Shown piece by piece: positions 8,944 through 18,497 of a stretch of 64,000 bases of DNA (its first letter is position 1; every line of letters begins with the position of its first letter). The translations under genes were made by a program, and so were the position numbers. The notes under the pieces are model-generated. The model was not told where the DNA came from and ran no database searches. It saw nothing but the letters and a program-made list of their open reading frames with translations. Source of the DNA: a bacterium (GTDB lineage Bacteria > Myxococcota_A > UBA9160 > SZUA-336); contig JAAELY010000105.1 of the NCBI GenBank assembly GCA_024226335.1, forward strand, positions 129 through 64,128. The letters are read 5' to 3'.

Positions 8944-9708
8944 GTGAATCTGGAAGTATTGATGGAACTGCATCAGGGCCTGCTGCAGCAGGGCCCGGGT
9001 TCGGATGTCGAAACACGTCGTGCGCTGGAGTGCATTCCCCCACTTGATTCCGACGCACGGATCCTGGACGTGGGCTGCGGTCCGGGGCGTCAGACGCTGG
9101 TTCTGGCCAGGGAGACCGAAGCGGCGATCGACGCGATCGATCTGATGCCCACCTTTCTGGAACAACTCGAGCAACGGGTCCGGACTGCGGGCTACGCCGA
9201 TCGGGTTTCTGCACATCTCATGAGTATGAGCGCGCTCGATTTTCCCGAGCGCGTCTTCGATCTCATCTGGAGCGAAGGTGCAATCTATCAAATGGGTTTC
9301 TCTCGCGGTCTGGAGTCCTGGAAGCGTCATCTGGTACCCGGCGGGTATCTGGCCGTCACGGAACTCTGCTGGTTGAGCGATGAGCGTCCCGTTGCTGCCG
9401 CCGAGTTCTGGGGCGCAGCCTATCCGGCCATGACCCAGGTCGAGACCAATATCGCAACCGCCGAACGGGCCGGCTATGAATGCCTCAACTCATTCAGCCT
9501 TCCGGAGTCCGCATGGTGGAACGATTACTACGATCCGATCCGCGCGCGACTTCCAGCGCTCTTCGACAAGTACGCCGGAGATGATGAGGCGCTGAAGCAG
9601 TTGCGAGAATCCGCAGAGGAGATCGATCTCTTCGAGCGCTATTCGCAGCAGTTCAACTACGTGTTCTATGTATTTCGCTTGCGCCGCCGTGTAGAGGCAA
9701 AAAACTGA
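8944..9708 (+). CDS. class I SAM-dependent methyltransferase
   Basis: Motif I (ILDVGCGPGRQTL) and motif post-II/III (LVPGGYLAV). The six-frame ORF extends back to 8749 and would overlap the GST. An internal GTG at 8944 (or ATG at 8962) just after the GST stop was chosen as the start; a GAGGTG precedes it. Confidence 0.7.
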   Translation: MNLEVLMELHQGLLQQGPGSDVETRRALECIPPLDSDARILDVGCGPGRQTLVLARETEAAIDAIDLMPTFLEQLEQRVRTAGYADRVSAHLMSMSALDFPERVFDLIWSEGAIYQMGFSRGLESWKRHLVPGGYLAVTELCWLSDERPVAAAEFWGAAYPAMTQVETNIATAERAGYECLNSFSLPESAWWNDYYDPIRARLPALFDKYAGDDEALKQLRESAEEIDLFERYSQQFNYVFYVFRLRRRVEAKN

Positions 9709-9747
9709 AGCTGTCCTTTGGGTTCGTCCCTTACTACACTTGCATTC

Positions 9748-10083
9748 ATGTCAGGAGACTCGACCTTCGTTATCGCATCTGAAGTCGATCTGCGGATCGA
9801 TTCGGAGTCGGATCTGATGGATGCGATCGGGCATTGCTTCGGAGGGACGGGTCTATTGCTGATCGAGAAGGACGTATCTGCGGACTTTTTCGATCTGCGT
9901 ACGGGACTCGCCGGAGCGGCCATGCAGAAGTTCATCAACTACCAGGTCCGCGTTGCAATCGTAATCGAGAACCCTGCTCGCTATGGAGAGCGTTTCGAGG
10001 AGTTGGCCTACGAGCACTCCGCGCATCCACAGGTACGCATCACGACTTCCCGAACCGAAGCCGAGGCGTGGCTCTCAACCTGA
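9748..10083 (+). CDS. DUF4180-like small protein
   Basis: The 111-aa ORF carries a block (LIEKDVSADFFDLRTGLAGAAMQKFINYQVRVAIV) recalled from DUF4180-family proteins. ATG at 9748; the longer ORF from 9718 would use a TTG. Confidence 0.45.
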   Translation: MSGDSTFVIASEVDLRIDSESDLMDAIGHCFGGTGLLLIEKDVSADFFDLRTGLAGAAMQKFINYQVRVAIVIENPARYGERFEELAYEHSAHPQVRITTSRTEAEAWLST

Positions 10084-10096
10084 ACATTACAGGACG

Positions 10097-11026
10097 CTAG
10101 GGGAGGCGGCGATTGATCACGTCGGCGATCATTCCCAGCGCCAGAAGTTGTACGCCCGTCACGAACAGAAGCACAGTCGTCACGTCCATGAAATGATCCG
10201 TAAATACAATACTTCCGACGGCAACGCCTAGCGAAGACAGCATGAACCCCAGCGATACCGGCAACAGTACCCGCATGGGATCGAAAAACATGATCGTGCG
10301 AACGATCAGACGCAGGAAATTCAATGTATCGGGAATTGGACGGATCTTGGAGCGGCCTTCGCGCACGCGATACTCGATGGGAATGTACTTGAGACGGTAG
10401 CCCGCCGAGAGCAGTGCCAATGTGATGGTGCTTGTGAAGGAGAATCCGTCGGGCATCAGGTTCGCGAAGCGTTCCGCCAGTTCCCGAGGGAAAGTCCGCA
10501 TCCCCGAGTTCAGATCGACGATCTTCTGACGGCTCAGATACGAAGCCAGCACCTGCAGCGTCCACTTGGCCGGCTTGCGGATCAGTGGGATGTGCGCGTC
10601 TTGACCGATGCGCGCGCCGATCACCATCTCGAAGTCCGCACGTTGTTCGAGCAATTCCGGGATGTGACGACACGGATAGGTCCCGTCCGCATCTGTAATC
10701 AGAATCCACGGATAGATCGCACTGTGGATGCCCGTCTTCAGCGCTGCTCCATAGCCGCGGTTCTCGTCGTGCGAGATCAGGCGAAGCCGAGGTCCGACAA
10801 ACGGCTTGATCGCCTCCGCAGTGCCATCAGAAGACCCGTCGTCAACGACTACGATCTCCCAGGGAATTTCCGACTCCAGCCCGTCCATGAACTGGGTTAG
10901 TTCGGGGAGGGTGATGCCGACGCCAGCCGCTTCGTTATACGCCGGAATAACGATACTGACACCGGCGGACTTTTCCGACGGCCCAGCGATTTTCGTAGAC
11001 GGCTCGGGTGTTTCCACAGTTTTCAT
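10097..11026 (-). CDS. GT2 polyprenol-phosphate sugar synthase (GtrB/ArnC/DPM1-like)
   Basis: GT-A catalytic domain (VSIVIPAYNEA…VVVDDGSSDGT…ITDADGTYP, the DxD motif) followed by two C-terminal TM helices, as in GtrB/ArnC. Confidence 0.85.
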   Translation of the reverse strand: MKTVETPEPSTKIAGPSEKSAGVSIVIPAYNEAAGVGITLPELTQFMDGLESEIPWEIVVVDDGSSDGTAEAIKPFVGPRLRLISHDENRGYGAALKTGIHSAIYPWILITDADGTYPCRHIPELLEQRADFEMVIGARIGQDAHIPLIRKPAKWTLQVLASYLSRQKIVDLNSGMRTFPRELAERFANLMPDGFSFTSTITLALLSAGYRLKYIPIEYRVREGRSKIRPIPDTLNFLRLIVRTIMFFDPMRVLLPVSLGFMLSSLGVAVGSIVFTDHFMDVTTVLLFVTGVQLLALGMIADVINRRLP

Positions 11027-11106
11027 ATCGGAAACAAGGATAACAGACTGTCATCCTGTCGGCGCACTGGTGTAGGATTGCGAGAACCGAGTTAGGAGGG
11101 AGAAGA

Positions 11107-13242
11107 GTGCGATCCTGGCCGAGTTGGCTCTCACTGGCGTTGCTTCTGGTATTCGCTTCGGGTCTCCCCCGACTCTGCTCGGCGCAGGATTTCGATCGCG
11201 ATGGCATCCCCGACCTGAGCGACAATTGCTCGGCGACCTTCAATCCCGACCAGGCAGACAACGGCGGACTGCTCAGCCTGTCACCGAACGGTCGCGGAGA
11301 TCGCTGCGAATGCGGGGACGGAAGCAATGACGGAACCGTCGATCTGATCGACTACGTGCGTCTGGCCCAGGGCCTTGCAGGTGCGGAATTGACTGCGGCC
11401 GGTTTCGAGAAATGTGGCGTCAATGGCGACTTCGTCTGTAACGGTGCAGACGTGACGCGCCTGCAGGAAATCATCGCGCAGGTTCCAGTTGCGATCGAGC
11501 AATCTTGTGAAGGATCGATTCCTCCTGCAATCAACATCACGGATCCACTGCAGGGTGCGTTCACGACTCTTGTCTCGCTTCTCGTTTCTGGAGTCGTGAC
11601 GAATGCAGCGGCTTCCGGTGCCACGGTTACGATCAACGGGGTTGCTGCGCCGATCCAGCCGGACCTCACATTCTCGGCGACCGTCCCGCTCGACCCGAAC
11701 CGGATTTTTCAGCCGCTGCGAGCGTTATTGAGCATTCCGTCAACTGGTTTCACTTCGCAGGATTACCAGACTGCGGTCCTGGGTGACTCGATTCTCGATG
11801 GCGACTTTTCTCCCATGGGTATCGGGCTTCGGATCACCGACCCGGGCTTCGACCAACTGGAGCCGGTGCTGACCACGATGGTGCCACTAGATGCGAACAC
11901 CTTGATCCCGCCTGGCACTGTGTTGATCGAAGACTACTGCGCGTTGAGCTTGTTTGGTATATGCACGATGTGGGTCGATGTCGTTGCGACGTCGACCAGT
12001 ATTGGGTCGTTCGGAATTGATATTGATTCGATGGCCGATTTCGTCGCTGGCGACGTCGTCGTCGACAATCTGGTTCTGAACGCGGATGTGGTCGGAGCTG
12101 GCTGCTCTGTGCAATTGAGCGCGGCGACGACCACGATCATCAGTGATTACGATCTGATACCCGATGCGACCGATCCGAACACGATCGACGTCAACGCAGA
12201 CGGACCGGTTTCTGTGAGCCTGGGTAGTTTCGATGATAGTTACGATTGCGGATTTTTCCTGATCGATCTGCTCGTGGGCCTGATCGTCGGCAACATCGAG
12301 TCCCAGGTCGTGCAGGGCTTCGAGGATTTCCTGAACGATCCCGACGGCAGCGGACCGCTCGATGCGCCGATCGCAGAAGCGATCGAAGTCGCATTGGCTG
12401 GCATACAGCTAGCCGGTCCGATTGGCGAGGCCATCGGTGTGAATCTAGACACACCGATCTACGACATCTTCGAAGATGTGGACGGAATCACGCTGGACAA
12501 TGACGCCCGTGTGACGGCATCTCTGCCGGATCCCAATGCACCCGATCTGCTGGCTTCTTATCACGTGAGCGAGTCCTTTCCGGTGTTTGGCCCCCTGACA
12601 CCCGGGGGGTTTGGTTACGACGTGGGTCTTTGCTTGTCGACGTCGGCGTTCAACCAACTTCTGAAGGCAGAGACTGAAAGGGGGCTGCTCGCCGCTTCGA
12701 TAACTGAAATCAATCTGGGCGTGCCAATGCAGATCACCGCCGCTCTATTGGCCTTCTTGATTCCGGAGTTCGCACAGGTCGATCCGGCGACCATCATGCA
12801 AATCCGAGTACGACCCGAACTCGCGCCCATCCTTACCGGGGATCTCGGTCCCGCGGGAGAGATCGCCGAGCTGGCACTCGACAACTTGATTTTCGAAGTC
12901 GTACCGCTCGCACCGCCAGATGTTCTCTATATGTCAGCTTCGGTGAGCTTTTCATCGGGGCTCGAGTTCATTTTCGATCCCAATGGTGCGCTCGTGCCGA
13001 CTCTGAATCCACCCGCCAGCGGTGATATTCGAATCGCTTTGCTCGACAATCCGCTAGGTGCGAGCGAGGCACAGGTGCAGACGACTCTGAGTACTCTGCT
13101 GCCGCCGCTCTTGCCGGAAGTAGCGGGTGTGTTGGCGGCGATTCCACTCGTTGATTTCGTGGGCCTGAATTCCAGTGGAGTCGAGATCGCGCGCGAGGGT
13201 TCGTTCATGTCGGTTTACCTTGAACTCTCTCCTGGGCCGTGA
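11107..13242 (+). CDS. large secreted protein with one thrombospondin-type-3-like and one dockerin-like repeat motif at its N-terminus
   Basis: Signal peptide (MRSWPSWLSLALLLVFASGLPRLCSAQ). A single TSP3-like Ca-binding motif (DRDGIPDLSDNCSATFNPDQAD; no tandem copies seen) and a single dockerin-like motif (CECGDGSNDGTVDLIDYVRLAQGL). The remaining ~550 aa are Ala/Val/Asp-rich with no recognisable domain. The gene is divergent from the GT2 gene. Confidence 0.55.
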   Translation: MRSWPSWLSLALLLVFASGLPRLCSAQDFDRDGIPDLSDNCSATFNPDQADNGGLLSLSPNGRGDRCECGDGSNDGTVDLIDYVRLAQGLAGAELTAAGFEKCGVNGDFVCNGADVTRLQEIIAQVPVAIEQSCEGSIPPAINITDPLQGAFTTLVSLLVSGVVTNAAASGATVTINGVAAPIQPDLTFSATVPLDPNRIFQPLRALLSIPSTGFTSQDYQTAVLGDSILDGDFSPMGIGLRITDPGFDQLEPVLTTMVPLDANTLIPPGTVLIEDYCALSLFGICTMWVDVVATSTSIGSFGIDIDSMADFVAGDVVVDNLVLNADVVGAGCSVQLSAATTTIISDYDLIPDATDPNTIDVNADGPVSVSLGSFDDSYDCGFFLIDLLVGLIVGNIESQVVQGFEDFLNDPDGSGPLDAPIAEAIEVALAGIQLAGPIGEAIGVNLDTPIYDIFEDVDGITLDNDARVTASLPDPNAPDLLASYHVSESFPVFGPLTPGGFGYDVGLCLSTSAFNQLLKAETERGLLAASITEINLGVPMQITAALLAFLIPEFAQVDPATIMQIRVRPELAPILTGDLGPAGEIAELALDNLIFEVVPLAPPDVLYMSASVSFSSGLEFIFDPNGALVPTLNPPASGDIRIALLDNPLGASEAQVQTTLSTLLPPLLPEVAGVLAAIPLVDFVGLNSSGVEIAREGSFMSVYLELSPGP

Positions 13243-14159
13243 TGCAGGACCAGAAGATCTTGATCACCGGTCCCACCAGCCAGGTGGCATTGCCCATCGC
13301 GCGGGAGCTGGCCCTGCACAACGATGTCTGGGGTCTGGCGCGCTTTAGCAACCCGCGGGATCTCGAACGGGTCGAAGCTCTTGGCGTGAAGTGCATTGCT
13401 GCAGACCTCGCCGTGGATCCGCTCGACTCCGTTCCCGACGACCTGGATTTCGTATTGCACTTCGCCGTCGTCAAGGGAGGAGACGGTGACTTCGACTACG
13501 ATCTGTCGGCGAATGCCGAAGGTGTCGGCCGGCTCATGTCGAGCTGTCGCAACGCGAAGGCCTTCCTGCACTGTTCGTCCACAGCGGTGTACCAGCCTGC
13601 CGGTCGCAAACCCCTACTCGAGACGGATCCACTCGGCGACAACCACCGAGTGATCATGCCGACCTACAGCCTGTGCAAGATCGCGGGGGAAGCCGTTGCG
13701 CGTTTCGGTGCGCGCGAGTTCAATCTGCCGACCACGATCGCACGGCTGTGTGTCCCCTACGGCGACAATGGAGGCTGGCCGGCGATTCATCTGGCGTTCA
13801 TCGTGGGAGGCCACAAGATCGTCGTGCATCCGGATGCGCCAAATTTGTTCAACCCCATTCACGAGGCCGACATCCTGGCGCATATTCCCAGACTGCTCGA
13901 GGCGGCGAGCGTTCCCGCGACGATCGTGAACTGGGGCGGCAGCGAATCGCTAAGCATCGAAGACTGGTGCGACTACCTGGGCCGCCTGACCGGACACACG
14001 CCGGAATACGCCTCCAGCGACCGCACGATCGGGAGTGTCACTATCGATCCGACGCGTATGCACGAGCTTCTCGGACCGACGAGTGTCGATTGGCGCGACG
14101 GCCTGCGACAGATGGTGCGGGCGAGATACCCGGACCTGACCTTGGCTGAGGCAGACTGA
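13239..14159 (+). CDS. NAD-dependent epimerase/dehydratase family protein (extended SDR)
   Basis: N-terminal Rossmann motif (ILITGPTSQVALPIAREL) and a catalytic YxxxK-like motif (PTYSLCKIAGE). Overlaps the upstream gene by 4 nt (ATGA). Confidence 0.75.
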   Translation: MMQDQKILITGPTSQVALPIARELALHNDVWGLARFSNPRDLERVEALGVKCIAADLAVDPLDSVPDDLDFVLHFAVVKGGDGDFDYDLSANAEGVGRLMSSCRNAKAFLHCSSTAVYQPAGRKPLLETDPLGDNHRVIMPTYSLCKIAGEAVARFGAREFNLPTTIARLCVPYGDNGGWPAIHLAFIVGGHKIVVHPDAPNLFNPIHEADILAHIPRLLEAASVPATIVNWGGSESLSIEDWCDYLGRLTGHTPEYASSDRTIGSVTIDPTRMHELLGPTSVDWRDGLRQMVRARYPDLTLAEAD

Positions 14160-14486
14160 AGGGTTCGAATCAGTTGGTGAGGATCTCGCTGACGCACGAG
14201 AGCAGGTGCTCGGGCAATCACTCCGAAGCAGGCCCAATTGGCGACACCGGATGCTCTCGGGAGAGTACACCGAACCGGTGCGTGTTCCTCATCTGAGGAG
14301 AGAAGTCCAACAAGGCGACTTCATCTGGCTACTGCAGGATTAGTATAGCCAACGCCTACTATGGGCAGACCGAGTGCATCCAAAACTGGATGAGAACCAT
14401 GACGAAAAGTGGCAGTCAGCGTCGTCCAGTGTTACGCCGAGCGGGAAATATTGGCGCAGTCCAGGACATCACTCTTCGCGGTCTGA

Positions 14487-15515
14487 GTGAGGCGGGCGCG
14501 GTTTCTGCCGGGTCCCGGTATCATCCAGAGCGTGACACGATCTCAGCAACTGGAGAAGATGCTCGCCTCGCTGAGTGCAATGCGCGAGGCACCTCAAAGC
14601 GAGCAGGCCCGAGCGGAACTCACTCGCGCGCTGGAGCACCGGAGTTCTGCCATCGTTGCACACGCGGCCCGCATAGCGGGGGAGGTCGAGAGCGTCGCGC
14701 TGGTCCCGGCGCTCGTCGAGGCCTTCGGCCGTTTGATGGTGAACCCCTCGAAGCGTGACCCGGGCTGCATCGGCAAACGGGAGATCGCCAATGCCCTGTA
14801 CCTTATCGGTCCGCGCGATCCCGGGGTGTTTCTCAGCGGCATCCGCCACGTTCAGATCGAGGGGCCCGGCGATGTGGCGGCGGATCTGCGGGGGATCTGC
14901 GCACACGGCCTGGTTCGGATCGGCTATTCGGATGCGCTCGAGGAGCTGGCAGAGCTACTGGTCGATCCGGAGGCATCGGCGCGTCGGGCAGCGGTTCGCG
15001 CGCTCGCCTACCGAGGGCACCAAAGCGCGGGGCCGGTATTGCGCCTGAAGTTGAAACTCGGTGACTCGGACGCCGAGATTGTTAGTGATGCGCTGGTCGC
15101 GTTGTTGAAGCTCGGGGGGGATTCTGCGCTAGCTTTCGCTCGCCGCTTCCTGAAAGACCCGTCGACCTATCTGGCCGAATCCGTTGCGCTGGCCCTGGGC
15201 AGCGAGCGAGTCCCGGCCGCTCTCGAGATTCTCCAGCACCTGCTCCGTGGGGCCCGAGATTCCGAGTTGCGTCAAACCATCATGACCTCGATCGCGAATC
15301 TGCGCGATGACGAAGCGATCGATTTCCTGATGGACCTGATTCGCGAAGCACCGGGGCCCTCCGCCCGAGAAGCGATCCGGGCGCTAGGTGCGTTTCGCGA
15401 GAATCCTGCACTGGCGCAACGCGTGCAGCAGGTCGCGCTTTCACGCGAAGAGCTGGCCCTGGCAGAGGCTGTAAAGGCGGAGTTTCCCGACCTTCCGTTC
15501 CCGGACAGCCGCTAA
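14487..15515 (+). CDS. HEAT-repeat protein (PBS-lyase HEAT-like repeats)
   Basis: Repeated ~30-aa helical units with the pattern AR..A..AL..LG. (AIVAHAARIAGEV…ARRAAVRALAY…SAREAIRALGAF). The true start is uncertain; ATG at 14563 is an alternative. Confidence 0.6.
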   Translation: MRRARFLPGPGIIQSVTRSQQLEKMLASLSAMREAPQSEQARAELTRALEHRSSAIVAHAARIAGEVESVALVPALVEAFGRLMVNPSKRDPGCIGKREIANALYLIGPRDPGVFLSGIRHVQIEGPGDVAADLRGICAHGLVRIGYSDALEELAELLVDPEASARRAAVRALAYRGHQSAGPVLRLKLKLGDSDAEIVSDALVALLKLGGDSALAFARRFLKDPSTYLAESVALALGSERVPAALEILQHLLRGARDSELRQTIMTSIANLRDDEAIDFLMDLIREAPGPSAREAIRALGAFRENPALAQRVQQVALSREELALAEAVKAEFPDLPFPDSR

Positions 15516-15528
15516 CTCGCCTGCTTCA

Positions 15529-16998
15529 TCACAACGCCGGTCGCCTGGCACGAGCCAGTGCTGCGACGCCAAACGCCGTAGCGGCCCCCAGTGGAACCCA
15601 GAACGTCCACGCGAGCCAGACCTTGCCCAGAACGATCGGGTGCAAGAACAGGCACAACCCCACGAAGCTACCCGCCGCCAGGCCGGCGACGGCGCTGGCG
15701 TCGTTGCCCCGCTGACGCCATACGAATCCCAGGCCAAAGACCCCGAGCAGACCGCCGTATAGAATCGTCATGGCCGAAAGCGCAAACTCCACCAGGTTCA
15801 GCCCTCCCTCCGCTCCGCTGATCGCCCGTTGGTAGGCCGCCATGCCGACCGCCGCCACCGTGAGCATCAGGCAGAAGCCGACCGATGCGGCGCGGGTCCT
15901 CCGCGCGAGTTCTGATTCGCTGGCCGCGCGGCGATCGACATCGACCACCCAGGTCGTGGCGATTGCACAAACAGCGGAGTCCAGGCTCGACATGGCCGCT
16001 GCGAACAGGCCTGCGAACAAGAGACCCCGCAGTCCGGTCGGCAACTCGTGCAGGGCGAAAATCGGCACGATCTGGCGCGCATCCGCAATCTCGTAGCCCG
16101 GAGCCTGGGAGTAGAACAGGGCGAGCGAAGTTCCGATGAACAGGAAGAGCAGCGACATCGGAAAATTGATGAGTGCAGACCATGCGAGCGCCTGGGCTCC
16201 CGACCGTCCGTTTCGCGTGCTGAGCAGGCGTTGCACCATATCGTGGTCGGTCGCGTGCGTAGCCAGGGTCAGGAAGAAGCCTCCGATCACACCGACCAGG
16301 AAGGGCCGCGACTGGGAAAGAGAGAAAAGCGGATCGAAGTGGAATACGCGCGAGCGTTCGGCCTGTTCCGCCCAATCCAGAATGCCTGAAATTCCGCCGG
16401 GCATCTGGGCCGCGAGCACCGCGACTACACTGAGAGCCGATATCAGAAAAACGGCCGCCTGGAAGGTATCGGTCCAGATGACCGCGCGGATTCCTCCCGC
16501 TCGCGTGTACACACCCGCGATCAGCCCGGCTGCCACGATTGCTGTTTCGACGCTCCAGCCCGTCACCGAGGAAAACGCGAGCGCCGCGATGAAGAGACGC
16601 ACGCCCGATGCGAGTACTCGCCCTGCAACGAAGCACAACGCGGCCACACGACGGGCCGTCGGGCCGAAGCGCTGCTCCAGATAGCCGTACACCGTGATCA
16701 CGCCCATTCGGTGGTACAACGGAATGACCCGCCACGCGAGCAGGAGCTTTCCGCACAACGCGCCGAATGCGAGCTGAATATAGGACCAGTCACCGGTATA
16801 CGAAGCGTGTGGAACTCCGATGAAGGTCGCTGCCGATAGCTCGGTCGCAACCAGCGATAGCAGCACGGCCCAGGTAGGCAAGCTGCGCTTGCCCAGTTGC
16901 AGATCGTCGGCACTGTCGTGCCCGCGTGCGGAGCGCAGACCGATGAGCAGCACCACACCGGCGTACGCCGCGATCGCCAGATAGTCCAGCGCCGTCAA
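15529..16998 (-). CDS. sodium:solute symporter (SSS) family transporter
   Basis: A 489-aa protein with 13-14 TM helices. SSS family blocks are present (DYLAIAAYAGVVLLIGL…GKRSL; GGIRAVIWTDTFQA). Confidence 0.85.
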   Translation of the reverse strand: MTALDYLAIAAYAGVVLLIGLRSARGHDSADDLQLGKRSLPTWAVLLSLVATELSAATFIGVPHASYTGDWSYIQLAFGALCGKLLLAWRVIPLYHRMGVITVYGYLEQRFGPTARRVAALCFVAGRVLASGVRLFIAALAFSSVTGWSVETAIVAAGLIAGVYTRAGGIRAVIWTDTFQAAVFLISALSVVAVLAAQMPGGISGILDWAEQAERSRVFHFDPLFSLSQSRPFLVGVIGGFFLTLATHATDHDMVQRLLSTRNGRSGAQALAWSALINFPMSLLFLFIGTSLALFYSQAPGYEIADARQIVPIFALHELPTGLRGLLFAGLFAAAMSSLDSAVCAIATTWVVDVDRRAASESELARRTRAASVGFCLMLTVAAVGMAAYQRAISGAEGGLNLVEFALSAMTILYGGLLGVFGLGFVWRQRGNDASAVAGLAAGSFVGLCLFLHPIVLGKVWLAWTFWVPLGAATAFGVAALARARRPAL

Positions 16999-17072
16999 GA
17001 CCCGTTTTTCACCCTCTCGATTCGCGCCGCGAGAGCAGCCGCGATGGAGAGGAGCTTACCTGCTCGGGAACT

Positions 17073-18497
17073 TCAGGTCAGGTGTTGAGCCGGATCGATC
17101 TGGTATTCGGCCGTCTCCAGGACTTCAACGATGTGCACACCGTCGGGGTCCTTGGCGGTCGCGGACAGATCCCGGACCTCGCCGGAAACCCGCTCACCGT
17201 GCTCGTCGATCGCGATGCACACCTTGGGGAACTTCCCGTGCTCGGAATCAGCCGCGGCCTCCATGACCACGGCAATGGAGCTGTCCGAGAGCCGGACGGC
17301 GCCGCCTGGCGGGTAGGGACCGAGCATGTTCATGAAGTAGCCTAAAAGAGTGCGGTCTATCTGACTGCCCTGTGCGTGATACATCAGAGCCAGCGCGCGC
17401 TGGGGCGGTATCGGATGTGCGCGATAGATGCGCGCGCTCGTCATCGCGTCGTAGCGGTCCGAAATCGCGATCAGTCGACTCAGAAACCCCGGCGGCCTGC
17501 TCGTCGCCTGCGCGGGATAGCCGGTACCATCTACGTTCAGATGGTGCTCGTAGGCCGCCATCGCGATATCGATCGTGTCGGAGTTCACGCCCAGGCGGCT
17601 TGCGATCGAGAACAGGCCTTCGACAGGGTGGTCGTGCAATAGCCTGCGCTCTTCGGGACTCAGTGGATTGAGCTTGTTGAGTACGTGCCTGGGAACCGAG
17701 AACTTGCCCAGATCGTGCATCAACGCCGCCTGGCCAACGCAGTAGAGACGGCTTCGCGACAGTCCCACAGCCCGACCCAGAGAGATCGCTAGTAGTGCCA
17801 CGTTCACCGAGTGGTTGAACGTGTACTCGTCGTAACCCTTGATGCAGGTCAGACGCAGAGCGTACAGCGGGTCGTGGTGAACCGAGTCGATCAGTTCCTG
17901 GACCGTGCGCTTGAGACGCTTCGCGTTGATTCTGTTCTTGGTACGAACTTCGTGAAATACACTCTTGACTACACCGATCGCCGAAAAGTACGCTTGCTTT
18001 TGCGATGCGTTTCCGGTTTCGGGAATTGCACTCTCGTCCCGGGGGCTGCCGATCACGACCTCGATGGCCGACTCCCCGCCTGGCTTGAGACCGGCCACGA
18101 TCTCTTCTCGAGAACCGCGACCTTCAGCAGCTCGCAGCAGTCGCTCGGCAAAACCGAGCAGCTCACCGAGTTCGACCTGAGATCCGATATGAAAGGCGCG
18201 CACGCGAGAGATCCGCATTAGGCGCGCGAATGTGCGATAGGCCGTCGCCCGTGGCCCACACTCGGGAATCACCGCCCCGTCGAAGTAGATCGTTCCGCCT
18301 CGAATCGCGAAATCCGCACCACCACGCGCACTGCAAACCTGTCCGAGCAGCGATCGCACTTGTTCTCCACAGGAGATCACGTGTTCACTGCGTCCTTCCG
18401 ACTCGCGAAAGGAACGGAACAACTCACTCCACAGACTGATCAGCGCGCGCCCGTGATCCAGGTTCACGGCGTCGTTCTCTTCGATTTCTCGATTCAT
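17073..18497 (-). CDS. HD-GYP domain cyclic-di-GMP phosphodiesterase
   Basis: HD motif (ALMHDLGK), HDHP, and HHLNVDGTGYP (GYP motif), preceded by an uncharacterised N-terminal domain of ~180 aa. ATG at 18497 overlaps the upstream TGA (ATGA). The six-frame ORF extended to 18665 is rejected. Confidence 0.85.
   Translation of the reverse strand: MNREIEENDAVNLDHGRALISLWSELFRSFRESEGRSEHVISCGEQVRSLLGQVCSARGGADFAIRGGTIYFDGAVIPECGPRATAYRTFARLMRISRVRAFHIGSQVELGELLGFAERLLRAAEGRGSREEIVAGLKPGGESAIEVVIGSPRDESAIPETGNASQKQAYFSAIGVVKSVFHEVRTKNRINAKRLKRTVQELIDSVHHDPLYALRLTCIKGYDEYTFNHSVNVALLAISLGRAVGLSRSRLYCVGQAALMHDLGKFSVPRHVLNKLNPLSPEERRLLHDHPVEGLFSIASRLGVNSDTIDIAMAAYEHHLNVDGTGYPAQATSRPPGFLSRLIAISDRYDAMTSARIYRAHPIPPQRALALMYHAQGSQIDRTLLGYFMNMLGPYPPGGAVRLSDSSIAVVMEAAADSEHGKFPKVCIAIDEHGERVSGEVRDLSATAKDPDGVHIVEVLETAEYQIDPAQHLT

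Noticed and set aside
15668-16756. 362-aa alternative-frame ORF inside the SSS transporter gene
   Set aside because: Same strand but a different frame. The annotated frame yields a continuous 13-14 TM SSS protein; this frame yields Arg/Gly-rich low complexity.
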